DNA of 64,000 nucleotides from an uncultured Bifidobacteriaceae bacterium. GTDB lineage: Bacteria > Bacteroidota > Bacteroidia > UKL13-3. Every line of letters starts with the position of its first letter. The stretch's first letter is position 1. A program made the translations under genes and the position numbers. Below the pieces are notes generated by a model. It saw only the letters and a list, made by a program, of their open reading frames with translations, did no database searches and was not told the origin of the DNA. Positions 25,328-34,965 of the stretch are shown here, in pieces. The DNA lies in the NCBI GenBank assembly GCA_964392775.1, contig CAYMRD010000011.1, positions 40,410 to 104,409 of the forward strand, given 5' to 3'.

Positions 25328-25545
25328 CATGTTGTAAAAGAGTGTTGAGAGAAAATTGCCACAAATTAAATGGATAAAATGAAGTGTATATCTGCAAGCT
25401 TACCAGTAGAATTTAAACTTAGTGATACTTTGAGCCTTCGTGGCTTAGTGGCAAAGAACTCTCGCCACAAAGCCGTGCCAAATATACATTTGGGAACACT
25501 TGCGGATATACATTGAATGAATCATCAACACTATCATTACAACAT
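25328..25545 (+). repeat. Copy 2 of the ~220-bp structured element, ending 14 nt before the rsmG ATG
   Basis: ~95% identical to the reverse complement of 3107-3330. TIRs gtgtatatctgcaag / cttgcggatatacat. Internal hairpins ggcttagtggc...gccacaaagcc and ccaaatatacatttgg. Contains tacatttg, a TAnnTTTG match. Confidence 0.8.
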
Positions 25546-25559
25546 CACCAAAATAAACA

Positions 25560-26192
25560 ATGGATATTCTGCTCAAGTACTTTCCCGATTTAACCGGAAA
25601 GCAACAGCAACAATTTGAAGCTGCTTTTAACACATACAAAGAGTGGAACGAAAAAATCAATGTTGTATCACGTAAAGACATTGATTCGTTATTCGAAAAA
25701 CATATTCTCCACTCGCTGGCCATAGCCAAATTTGTTCAGTTTCGCCCCGATACTCATGTGCTGGATATTGGCACGGGAGGCGGATTTCCGGGTATTCCGT
25801 TGAGTATTATGTTTCCCGAAACAAACTTTACACTTTGCGATTCAATCGCTAAAAAAATCAAAGTTGCCGAAACGGTTTCCGAAACCATCGGGTTGATGAA
25901 TACTGATTTTGTGATTGGCAGGGTAGAGCAGCTCAAAGAAAGTTTCGACTTTATTGTGAGCCGTGCCGTTGCTCCCTGTGAGCAGCTATACCGCTGGACA
26001 CAGCATTATATCAACGAAGAAAACAATAACCCTAAGTTTAATGGTTACTTGTTACTTAAAGGAGGTGATTTAAAAGAAGAGATTAAAGCCCTGCGCCAAA
26101 TCAATAAAAAATTGATTGTTGAAGAGTTTGCTTTGAGCCAGTGGTTTGAAGAAGAATTTTTTGAAACAAAAAAGCTGGTGTATATCTATTAA
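25560..26192 (+). CDS. rsmG: 16S rRNA (guanine527-N7)-methyltransferase RsmG
   Basis: GidB-family N-terminus and SAM motif DIGTGGGFPGIPL. Confidence 0.85.
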   Translation: MDILLKYFPDLTGKQQQQFEAAFNTYKEWNEKINVVSRKDIDSLFEKHILHSLAIAKFVQFRPDTHVLDIGTGGGFPGIPLSIMFPETNFTLCDSIAKKIKVAETVSETIGLMNTDFVIGRVEQLKESFDFIVSRAVAPCEQLYRWTQHYINEENNNPKFNGYLLLKGGDLKEEIKALRQINKKLIVEEFALSQWFEEEFFETKKLVYIY

Positions 26193-26198
26193 ACAAAA

Positions 26199-26230
26199 AC
26201 AGCAAGTAACGAATAGTACTTGCTGTTTTT
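26199..26230 (+). terminator. Hairpin plus T-run between convergent rsmG and the T9SS gene
   Basis: cagcaagta-acgaatag-tacttgctg followed by ttttt. Confidence 0.6.
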
Positions 26231-26248
26231 ACTTAAAAGATTTTGCAG

Positions 26249-28903
26249 TTAGTTTTTAATAAACTTATTGGCATACGATTGTTTTCCATCAGTTACCACA
26301 ACAAAATACACGCCTGATTGTAAGTGAGCTATACTAACAGATTCGTGTGCATTTCCGCTCAATAATCTTCTACCCGTAATATCCATAATTTGATAGGTGG
26401 CAGCTGGGGTTAGGCCACTTACTTGCAACGCAATACTTTGGGTTGCAGGATTAGGATATACAACAAGTGATTGGTGTTGTGCTGGTGCAGTTGTTTTTAT
26501 CCCCGTGGTCAAATCAAGGCAACTCGGGAATGATTGATTTGCATACCAGTTGCGAATCTTGTCAATATCGGTATCCAGTTTATTGAATGAACCGGTAGCA
26601 CCTCCTGAGGTAGTTCTCGAATACACAATAGCATATTCAATGGTATGTTTGTCGCCAGAAAGCACTTGACCCGGTACACTCAAGGTTGATAACATTCGTC
26701 TATCACCCGGAGTATTTCCTGAACTTCTTTCCGTCCAATCTGCTCGTCCGGCTAAGTCATTATTACCCGGGAACATAAAACTGGCTGTGTCAACTCCACC
26801 TTTTCCATCTCCACCATATGTAAGAAAGGTTCCATCTTTCCATTTGCTATTTAAATATCCCCAATAATGTTCAGGCCTTGATGGATTACCTTTGACTGAA
26901 AAATCGTTGTTGTAATACATAAAACCACTCATGTTATTGGTATTTGAGTGGTTATCTAGAATAGCAATCCCAACAGCAGGGGGATTGGCTCCATATCCCT
27001 GCATTCCTTCATCATCATCATCTCCATTATACCCAATTGCATAGTTTTTACTGGGGTTACATTCAATATAATCATCATTAAAATTTCCTAAATCAATATC
27101 TGTCCATATTCCATATTTTACCGTGTCGTATGTCTGATTGGTGCGGTTGTAAATATCGTATTGGTAAAAGGTTGTATAGTTTAAGGCAGTATTGCTATCG
27201 TTGTCTTGTATGTCATCACAGGTATACCCATAAGCCGAAGCATGAACCTCAAACTTTAAAGGAAGCCCTGTCGTTTCAGAATGAATACCTCCATTATCAT
27301 TAAAAATCCAAAACAACATTTGATCGCCTTTAATTTTAGGATAATCGCCATTCATAGGATTGTATTTGCCATCGCTATTAACATCCACAAAAGGGGCAAG
27401 CTTACTGGCATAACCATTTGCAGAGTCTCCATGAGCAGGCCAACTCATTAAGTTTTCAGGTACGGTATAGGTTCCGTCAGTAACTTTCCCGTCTGCAAAT
27501 TTTGTTTTAAATTCTTCAATAGTTTGTCTGTTTATTCTCCATATACGATCAAACTTTTGTTGGGTAGCGGCATCGGTTGAGGCAGTTCCTATGGTTAAAG
27601 GTCCGGGGAAATAATCATTCCCGCTCTGGCGATAGGTTTGCGCAGCTACATGGAGTTCATTATTGGTAACGCCCCCCATCCACAAGGCGGAGGCAAATAT
27701 TGCCCGTTTGCAGCTCCCTTTGGGTACTTCATAGCCTCCATTCTGTAAATCCCAAAACATATCCCCTCTGTTGAGAACAGGCGTACTTACCTTATTAATA
27801 TTGAGGTAGCTCATCGTTGGGACTTCGTCCACATCCGAATAGTTATTCAAATCAATCATAAATAAACTATCTCCCCCCGCATAACCATTTCTGGAACACC
27901 ACTGGAGCTGATTGGCAGAGGTAACAGCGCAGAATATACCATCCAGAGGAAAATTCGAATGCGATGGGTTTTTGTATGTGGTAGTCTTGTTTGCCTCCAG
28001 TTCTATGAATTGTATTTTACTTATATTTGAGCTCGTGAAATTTGAAGGAACAACAGGGTGAGTTCCTTTTATTCCAAACCCGTACACGTTATTCCGAAAT
28101 CCATTGCTGCCACAATAGTTGGTATATGCCTGAGCTGTACTAATCGTATTGCCTTGTACCGTATACACGCCTCCATAAATGTCGGAACCGGTCATTGTAG
28201 TGTCTGTGCCAATCCAGATTGCACCATTGGCTGTTTGTTCAATGGTATTTATTTTATCTGTTTTTAAACCGGAGTTTGTTTTGTTAAAAGTGCTCCATGT
28301 TCCATTTGACAGTTTAGATACTCCTTTGTCCGTTCCTATCCATACCTGACCGTTTTTATCAGCTAAAATAGTATTCACTTTATTATCAGCTATTGAATGA
28401 GAAGCCACGGTATAGCTCGTCCAAGTGCTTCCATCCAATTTAGAAACCCCATTGTTGGTTGCTACCCAAACAGTATTGTCGAAAACGGAAACATCGTAAA
28501 CCGAATCGCTTACAATACCTGAGTTACTTTGATTAAAGATGGTCCATGTATCACCCTCCTTTTTCACCAGACCGCTCAGGGTTCCTATCCACACTACTGA
28601 GCCTTTAATTTCTAAAGAAGTAAGAGAGTTGGTAGGTAAACTTGAGTTGTTCTTATTCCAGGTTGTCCATGTGGTTCCATCATATTTAGCCAAACCAATT
28701 GCAGAAGTCGTAAAGTTGATTCCCAGCTTACGGGTTCCAAAAGCAATCCAGGTATTGTTCTGGTCGTCAATTTTTAGGTCCGTTTTAATGCGCTTGTCTA
28801 ATGTTGTTCCGGTTGGTAATGCAACAGACGAGTAAGGACTTTGTGCCCCAATCTGTGATGTAACCACAGCTAGTCCAATCAATAGTAAAAGATGTTGTTT
28901 CAT
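26249..28903 (-). CDS. Large secreted beta-propeller (two-component-regulator-propeller-like repeats) protein with T9SS C-terminal sorting domain
   Basis: Signal peptide MKQHLLLLIGLAVVTSQIGA. Repeated W-I-G-T...G(V/L)SK-(L/F)-(D/S)G..W units. C-terminus VVYPNPATQSIALQV...GVYFVVV. Confidence 0.75.
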   Translation of the reverse strand: MKQHLLLLIGLAVVTSQIGAQSPYSSVALPTGTTLDKRIKTDLKIDDQNNTWIAFGTRKLGINFTTSAIGLAKYDGTTWTTWNKNNSSLPTNSLTSLEIKGSVVWIGTLSGLVKKEGDTWTIFNQSNSGIVSDSVYDVSVFDNTVWVATNNGVSKLDGSTWTSYTVASHSIADNKVNTILADKNGQVWIGTDKGVSKLSNGTWSTFNKTNSGLKTDKINTIEQTANGAIWIGTDTTMTGSDIYGGVYTVQGNTISTAQAYTNYCGSNGFRNNVYGFGIKGTHPVVPSNFTSSNISKIQFIELEANKTTTYKNPSHSNFPLDGIFCAVTSANQLQWCSRNGYAGGDSLFMIDLNNYSDVDEVPTMSYLNINKVSTPVLNRGDMFWDLQNGGYEVPKGSCKRAIFASALWMGGVTNNELHVAAQTYRQSGNDYFPGPLTIGTASTDAATQQKFDRIWRINRQTIEEFKTKFADGKVTDGTYTVPENLMSWPAHGDSANGYASKLAPFVDVNSDGKYNPMNGDYPKIKGDQMLFWIFNDNGGIHSETTGLPLKFEVHASAYGYTCDDIQDNDSNTALNYTTFYQYDIYNRTNQTYDTVKYGIWTDIDLGNFNDDYIECNPSKNYAIGYNGDDDDEGMQGYGANPPAVGIAILDNHSNTNNMSGFMYYNNDFSVKGNPSRPEHYWGYLNSKWKDGTFLTYGGDGKGGVDTASFMFPGNNDLAGRADWTERSSGNTPGDRRMLSTLSVPGQVLSGDKHTIEYAIVYSRTTSGGATGSFNKLDTDIDKIRNWYANQSFPSCLDLTTGIKTTAPAQHQSLVVYPNPATQSIALQVSGLTPAATYQIMDITGRRLLSGNAHESVSIAHLQSGVYFVVVTDGKQSYANKFIKN

Positions 28904-29015
28904 AATAATTAAGCGTTTAATCGTAATTATAAAAGTATGTGTAATATCGGTTAAAGTCAAGATGTATATGTATCTCTAATTAAGAAACCTTTAGTATATT
29001 GTACATTCGAACACT

Positions 29016-31652
29016 ATGCTGAGAAACTTCCTTATCAGTCTTTTGCTTCTATGTTTGGGCGTCCCTGCGTACGCCCAGCAAGGAGTACGTGGTGTTGTAA
29101 CCAATGCCAAACAGCAACCTGTTGGGTTCGTAACCATTTACTGCAAGGAGCAAAACAAAAGCACCAACAGCAATGCCGATGGTTCGTATGAACTCAAACT
29201 TCCATCCGGTACTCATCATATCTATTTTCAATCGGTTGGGTATAAAACAAATATTATTGAAGTAACCATAACAGATGGGTATGTTAAAGTTCCAATCATA
29301 TTGGAGGAAGTTGCTTATCAATTAAAGGAAGTGAACGTACAAAGTGGTGGAACCAATCCTGCTGTATGGATTATGCGTAAAGCCATTGCGGCTGCTCCTT
29401 ATTACAAACGGCAAGTGCTCATGTATCAAACAAGAGTATATGTGAAAGGAAGCGGGAAGCTGGATGAAATACCTTTTTTGTTTGAGAAAATGCTTAAAAA
29501 AGATGGTATCGAAGAAGGCCGAACATTCTTAATCGAAAGCATCAATGAGTTAAGTTTTAGTCAGCCGAATACGTATAAAGAAAAAGCCATCTCTATCAAA
29601 AGTTCGTTACCTGTAGATGGCGCTCCGCAACCCATGAGCATGCTTCGGGGAAGTTTGTACAATACATCTTCAACCGAGTTGATATCGCCCTTATCGCCTC
29701 AGGCTTTTTCAGTGTACAATTTTAAGCTGATAGGAAGTTATTACGAAGAAGGCCGCGAAATCAACAGGATTCAGGTAATTCCCAAACGTAAAGGACAGGA
29801 TGTTTTGGAAGGAACCATTTACATCATTGAAGGACTATGGTGTATTCACAGTACCGATTTGAAAAATACGGGAGGAGGATTTGATACCCGCATCGTTACA
29901 TCTTTCCGGCCTGTGGCGGGAATGGATTTTGTGTGGATGCCCGTAACATACGATATCAGTGTTCATGGCGGATTCCTTGGTTTTAAAGGTTCATTCCGGT
30001 ATCTGGCATCTGCCGGAAATTATCAAATAAACCTCAATCCCAATCTCGACCACAAATGGGTGCAAAACCAAACCAAAGAGCAAATTACCGTGATTCCCGT
30101 TGTGAAAGAGGAAGAAGAAAAAAACAAACCTCAGGTGGTGAAACCGAAAACCAAACGGCAACAGGAAATTGACCAGCTATTGGCCAAAGAAGAACTGAGC
30201 AAAATGGAAATGCTCAGGCTGGCCAATAAAATGAAACTGGAAGCCGAGGAGGAGCAACTTAAAAATCCGGAGATTCGGCAAGATTCATCCACGATGGAAA
30301 TTGATAGTCTGGCAACTAAACGCGACAGCAGCTTTTGGAACGAGAATCGTCCGGTAGCCTTAATGGAAAGTGAAGCAGTAAGCTATAAACATGCCGACTC
30401 GGTTACACTCAAACAAACAAAAGGTTCAATCTCCCGCCACCGCCATGATTCGGGATTTTATTGGCTGGATATTTTTACCGGCAAAGAAGGAACCTTCAAT
30501 AAAGGAAAAAATCAATTTGCATGGAGTGGACTGGCAGGAGAGGGTTCGGAGATATTTGTAAATACGGTTGATGGTTGGGGCGCAGCGGTGAGTTGGAGCA
30601 TCGGGAGTAAAAAAGCCGACTCAAAAGAATGGTTGTTTACCAACCGCATTCGCATTCCGTTTGAACGAGCGGCTGTCAATACAACAGGAAGGCTGGAGTA
30701 TGCTTATGCACCACAAAAGCTTGGCAAGATTGCCATTGAAGGTGGTTCGTATGTGAGTGATTTTAATGCCACAGGCGGACCTTCACCTTTCGTAAGCAAT
30801 ATTATGTTGTTATTCGACAGACGGAATTTGCTTAAACTTTACCAGCAGGATTTTGTAAAGATTGAACACGATATTGAAATCACCAACGGATTGTTGTGGG
30901 AGGTTGATTTAGGCTGGTATAACCGGTATCAGTTGTGGAATATCAACAGGTTCGCTGCTCAGGAAACACCGGATGGAAAGATTACTCCAAACACACCTGT
31001 TGCAGGATATGTAATGCCTACACATCAGGCATTGCACCTCTCCAATGTATTTACGTATACGCCTTACCAACGATACAGAATAAAGCAGGGGCAAAAAAGA
31101 TACGCACCGGGTAAATGGCCAACCTTTAAACTATCTACACACAACGGTATTCCATCTCTGTTGCAAAGTGATGTTGATTACATGAGCATGTCATTCGGCC
31201 TCACCGAAAAAATAAAACCCTTGCACTGGGTATCTGTCAAGCTTTCGGTCAATCACCAATGGTTTGTATACAACCGTTCATCATACTTCCCTGATTATTT
31301 ACAAGCAGTAGGTAACAGATCACCGGTGTTTACGGGAGAACCCTTAACGGTGTTCCGTCAACTGGATTATTATCAATTCTCAAATACTTCTCGCTTAACA
31401 TCATTCCATTCGGCATTTGATTTTAAACGGTTGCTCATTAAACGATTGCCGTTGGTGAACATGACGGATATCCACGAAGAAGTATTTTACAACCTGCTGG
31501 TTCCTCCGGGTTCGTTGGTGTATCAGGAGTTTGGTTACGGCTTAACAGAATTGTTTGGCTTTGCCAGAGTAGATGTATTTGCCGGTTTCAGAGGTTCCCA
31601 ATACAATAACTGGGGTGTACGAGCCATCTTAAACCTGAACGGATTTAAGTAA
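29016..31652 (+). CDS. Outer-membrane protein with N-terminal carboxypeptidase-regulatory-like domain plus DUF5686-type body (paralogue of 15639-18164) carrying a ~90-aa charged insert
   Basis: Signal peptide present. GVRGVVTNAKQQPVGFVTIYCKEQNKSTNSNADGSYEL N-domain. Lys/Glu-rich segment VVKEEEEKNKPQVVKPKTKRQQE... Confidence 0.7.
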   Translation: MLRNFLISLLLLCLGVPAYAQQGVRGVVTNAKQQPVGFVTIYCKEQNKSTNSNADGSYELKLPSGTHHIYFQSVGYKTNIIEVTITDGYVKVPIILEEVAYQLKEVNVQSGGTNPAVWIMRKAIAAAPYYKRQVLMYQTRVYVKGSGKLDEIPFLFEKMLKKDGIEEGRTFLIESINELSFSQPNTYKEKAISIKSSLPVDGAPQPMSMLRGSLYNTSSTELISPLSPQAFSVYNFKLIGSYYEEGREINRIQVIPKRKGQDVLEGTIYIIEGLWCIHSTDLKNTGGGFDTRIVTSFRPVAGMDFVWMPVTYDISVHGGFLGFKGSFRYLASAGNYQINLNPNLDHKWVQNQTKEQITVIPVVKEEEEKNKPQVVKPKTKRQQEIDQLLAKEELSKMEMLRLANKMKLEAEEEQLKNPEIRQDSSTMEIDSLATKRDSSFWNENRPVALMESEAVSYKHADSVTLKQTKGSISRHRHDSGFYWLDIFTGKEGTFNKGKNQFAWSGLAGEGSEIFVNTVDGWGAAVSWSIGSKKADSKEWLFTNRIRIPFERAAVNTTGRLEYAYAPQKLGKIAIEGGSYVSDFNATGGPSPFVSNIMLLFDRRNLLKLYQQDFVKIEHDIEITNGLLWEVDLGWYNRYQLWNINRFAAQETPDGKITPNTPVAGYVMPTHQALHLSNVFTYTPYQRYRIKQGQKRYAPGKWPTFKLSTHNGIPSLLQSDVDYMSMSFGLTEKIKPLHWVSVKLSVNHQWFVYNRSSYFPDYLQAVGNRSPVFTGEPLTVFRQLDYYQFSNTSRLTSFHSAFDFKRLLIKRLPLVNMTDIHEEVFYNLLVPPGSLVYQEFGYGLTELFGFARVDVFAGFRGSQYNNWGVRAILNLNGFK

Positions 31653-31655
31653 CGG

Positions 31656-32933
31656 TTAACGCATAAAAAACCATTTCACCAGTTCTTTATAATTTGCTTT
31701 TTTGCCATACATCAAAATACCAACACGGTAAATGCGGGAGGCAACCCATACGGTGAAGGTAAATCCGAGTACCATCAAAACCATTGACAATGCAAGTTCC
31801 CAGCCATCAACACCAAACGGAATACGCACCATCATGGCTATAGGCGATGTAAATGGAACGATGGATAACCAAAAGGCAAGGGGGCCGTGCGGGTTTGAAA
31901 TGATGGCGCTTTGAGCCAATACCAGCGACAACACAAGCGGCATGGTAACGGGCAGCATAAATTGTTGAGTGTCGGTTTCCGAATCAACAGCAGAACCAAT
32001 TGCGGCAAACAATGCACCGTAAAACAAATAACCCGACACAAAATAAAATACAAACACCATCAGCAGATAGGCATAATCAAACGAACCAAGAGCCTGCAAT
32101 ATTTGGCCAATCTCTCCGGTATTAGCCAATTCGGGCGCACTCGAAATCGCATCCCTGCTCATCATTATTCCGCCTGACCCGGTGAATATTAAAATCAGCA
32201 ATACCCAAATGCAAAACTGTGTAAGACCAACTAAAGCAATCCCGATAATCTTACCCATCATCAATTCAAAAGGAGATAAGGAAGATATAATGACCTCAAC
32301 AATACGGTTTGTTTTTTCTTCGATAACACCCCGCATCACCTGCACTCCATACATAAAAATAAAGAGATAAATAATCAATGCGCTGATATATCCAATCACT
32401 GAACTGGCTTGAGTACTGCTGCTTTCCGCACCGGTTTCGGTAACGGTGGAGGTTGAAATAGTAACCGATTGATGAATGATGTCTTCGAGTGCTTTATTGT
32501 TCAGTCCAAGTTTTTCGAGACCGGCTTGTTTCTTAATCGAAGCCAGTTGGTCTTCAATTGCATTCATGAGCGTAATACTGGGCTGATTAACCGCCAGCAA
32601 TGAAACATTGGACAAAGAAGTGTCGGGGATAATCAATACGGCATCGGTATTGGTGGTGGCAAAAAACGTTGTTGTGTAACCATCTTTAGGTTGTGTTCCC
32701 TGAATAAAATCGAGGTGCCCGGTTGATTGCAGTTTATCGGCAATTATCCCTGATGCATCTTCAACATAAATTGTTTTGAGCGAATTGCCAATATCGCGGT
32801 TCACCGCAAAATAAATGATGATACCATAAAACAAAGAAAGCAGCAAAGGAGCCACCAGCGTCATAATAACAAAGGAGCGTTTGCGCACGCGGGTCAGGTA
32901 TTCCCGCTGAATCACCAGAATGATTTTTTGCAT
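31656..32933 (-). CDS. ABC-2-type transporter permease (no adjacent ATPase gene)
   Basis: N-terminal cytoplasmic region, a large extracytoplasmic loop, and C-terminal 5-6 TM typical of ABC-2/NatB-like permeases. Start trimmed to MQKIILV. Confidence 0.6.
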   Translation of the reverse strand: MQKIILVIQREYLTRVRKRSFVIMTLVAPLLLSLFYGIIIYFAVNRDIGNSLKTIYVEDASGIIADKLQSTGHLDFIQGTQPKDGYTTTFFATTNTDAVLIIPDTSLSNVSLLAVNQPSITLMNAIEDQLASIKKQAGLEKLGLNNKALEDIIHQSVTISTSTVTETGAESSSTQASSVIGYISALIIYLFIFMYGVQVMRGVIEEKTNRIVEVIISSLSPFELMMGKIIGIALVGLTQFCIWVLLILIFTGSGGIMMSRDAISSAPELANTGEIGQILQALGSFDYAYLLMVFVFYFVSGYLFYGALFAAIGSAVDSETDTQQFMLPVTMPLVLSLVLAQSAIISNPHGPLAFWLSIVPFTSPIAMMVRIPFGVDGWELALSMVLMVLGFTFTVWVASRIYRVGILMYGKKANYKELVKWFFMR

Positions 32934-32984
32934 AGCCAAATCAAATATATACAAAAAAGCACCACCCGCAGGCAGTGCTTTTTG

Positions 32985-34418
32985 TTATTCTGTAATTCCT
33001 TTTTCAATAAATTCTCTGACTTGTTCAATCGACAATCGTTTGGCGATAATCTTTTTGTCTTTACCCAACAGATACACAACCGGAGTGCTGTATACATCAA
33101 AGTGCCGCCTGAAATTTGATTCATGGTTAGGGTCATGAACATTGGTCCACGGGAGTTTGTTTTCGCGTATATAATCTTTCCATGTTTTAGGTTCAGTGGT
33201 TAAGCTCAAAGCAAATACGTCTATTTTATTAGCAGCTTTAGTTTTTACACTTTTGTTTTGTTCGTTATAGAGTTCGAGTAGTTTTGGCATTTCCTCTTTA
33301 CATCTTCCGCATGTAGCATCCCAAAATATAACCACTGTGTAATCACCTTTAAGGTTGTAAAGCGACTGATAAACATCGGCACTATCAGGCAGGTTGATGT
33401 TCTGAGCTTTTTTACCCAACAGGTTATAGCTTAAGATGTCGGCACGGTCAGTAATTTTGTAACGCAGGGCATCATCCACCCAATAGGTAGCCTTTTTATC
33501 GGCATAATATTTTTGTGCCATGTGTACAAACACAGCATCCATTCCCATGTATTGCGAGGTTTCGTAATAATTGGTAATCCAGAAAATACACCATTTCGAA
33601 ATTTCTTTAGACGCTTTCGCTTTATTAATCACAAAATCGGCAGCCTTGTTAATCGAATCCGGAATTTGCAGTGTCACCTTCAATATATAGTTCTGCAAAC
33701 GAGGATGAAAAATAGGAGTGCGCACAATGCGGTCATCCGTAAAGTCGAAGTTGTCGAAATAATGTTCGCGGTAATAATTATACTGAAACATCGAGTCGAT
33801 GATGGTTCCATCAGGATGTGTAGGCGCATCCGGAACTTGTATTTCAATCATCATCTTAAATATTTTAGCGATGAGCAGGTTCGGATTTTCATTCACCACT
33901 TTTTTGCGGTAGTCCATCACACTTTGCTCAATTTTTCTAATCTGTTCAGCCTTCATACGAACCGCAACCGTATCACCTTTGGCTTTTAACTCCTTCATCT
34001 CTTTCTCAAGTTCATACGCTTTTTGTCCGGCATCATTGGCTATTTTGGAATAGGCAAAGAATGCCGTATTCTCGGCAGATCCTTTTACAACCATGTGGTT
34101 TACATAAGCAGTAGTATCGGTTTCAAGTGAAAATACCTGCTCGGTTACAACAAAATCAAATAACAGGTTTTTGCTTTGATTGGCAATCAGGTAAATACCA
34201 CCTTCTAAAACGCTGTCACGCTTAAATATTGCTTTACCGGAGGCATCTGTCATGGCGCTGTCGCGTATGTATTGTTTGTCTCCGTAATAGTAGCCCAACA
34301 ATAATTTTTGATTGGGCATGTCCTTAATTTTGATGGTTATCTGGTAACCGTCTTTGGCTAAAATAGTAAAGGATGTAAATAGCAGGAGTGTGGCAATGTA
34401 GAGCCTGATTTTATTCAT
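32985..34418 (-). CDS. TlpA/redoxin-family thiol-disulfide oxidoreductase with N-terminal DUF4369-like domain
   Basis: Signal peptide present. Thioredoxin fold with active site WDATCGRCKEE (CxxC). Confidence 0.7.
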   Translation of the reverse strand: MNKIRLYIATLLLFTSFTILAKDGYQITIKIKDMPNQKLLLGYYYGDKQYIRDSAMTDASGKAIFKRDSVLEGGIYLIANQSKNLLFDFVVTEQVFSLETDTTAYVNHMVVKGSAENTAFFAYSKIANDAGQKAYELEKEMKELKAKGDTVAVRMKAEQIRKIEQSVMDYRKKVVNENPNLLIAKIFKMMIEIQVPDAPTHPDGTIIDSMFQYNYYREHYFDNFDFTDDRIVRTPIFHPRLQNYILKVTLQIPDSINKAADFVINKAKASKEISKWCIFWITNYYETSQYMGMDAVFVHMAQKYYADKKATYWVDDALRYKITDRADILSYNLLGKKAQNINLPDSADVYQSLYNLKGDYTVVIFWDATCGRCKEEMPKLLELYNEQNKSVKTKAANKIDVFALSLTTEPKTWKDYIRENKLPWTNVHDPNHESNFRRHFDVYSTPVVYLLGKDKKIIAKRLSIEQVREFIEKGITE

Positions 34419-34579
34419 GTGTATGAAATATTGAGCCGGTGAAAATACTGAATAATAGCAGATGCAAAAATAACGGCTAAATGGATTAATAAAATTTTAA
34501 GTAAACATGACAGGTGTCATAACTAAATAACCTGAAAATAAACATTTTTGATAGACCAAACCTATAAATAATAAAACAC

Positions 34580-34963
34580 ATGGAAAACAGGATGTACCTT
34601 ACGGATTTACACGAAGAAAGAAGAAACTGGCTGAATATTCTTCAATTTACGATTGATGAGATAGAGAGTATGAAGAACCGTTTGGCTGAGATTGTGGCCG
34701 CCAATACCAAAACAGAAATTACTGCTCAGGTTGAACATTTTCAAAACCAGTTTATTTTGCAACGTGATGTTTTAGATGTATTGCGCCATGATATCAATGA
34801 AACAGAAATGATGATGGCAAAACAAATTGAGGCCAATCCTGTGGCTACTGAGCGCAAAACAGCTCCCGATCATGCTCCGTTGCGTGAACGTATGGATACT
34901 TTTGAGCGCCTGTTCAATGAATTAAAGCAGGAATTCAATACCTTCGCAGCCAAAACGCTGTAA
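34580..34963 (+). CDS. Hypothetical helical protein
   Basis: 127-aa ORF with coiled-coil character. Tightly followed, 2 nt later, by the rsmF-like gene. Confidence 0.4.
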   Translation: MENRMYLTDLHEERRNWLNILQFTIDEIESMKNRLAEIVAANTKTEITAQVEHFQNQFILQRDVLDVLRHDINETEMMMAKQIEANPVATERKTAPDHAPLRERMDTFERLFNELKQEFNTFAAKTL

Positions 34964-34965
34964 GT

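Noticed and set aside
25388-25525. 45-codon ORF (MKCISASLPVEFKLSDTLS...) inside both copies of the 220-bp element
   Set aside because: Open in both copies, but the differences between copies are clustered multi-nucleotide, non-conservative changes (SLRGL versus SPFGL) that coincide with RNA/DNA stems. The pattern fits structural rather than protein-coding constraint.
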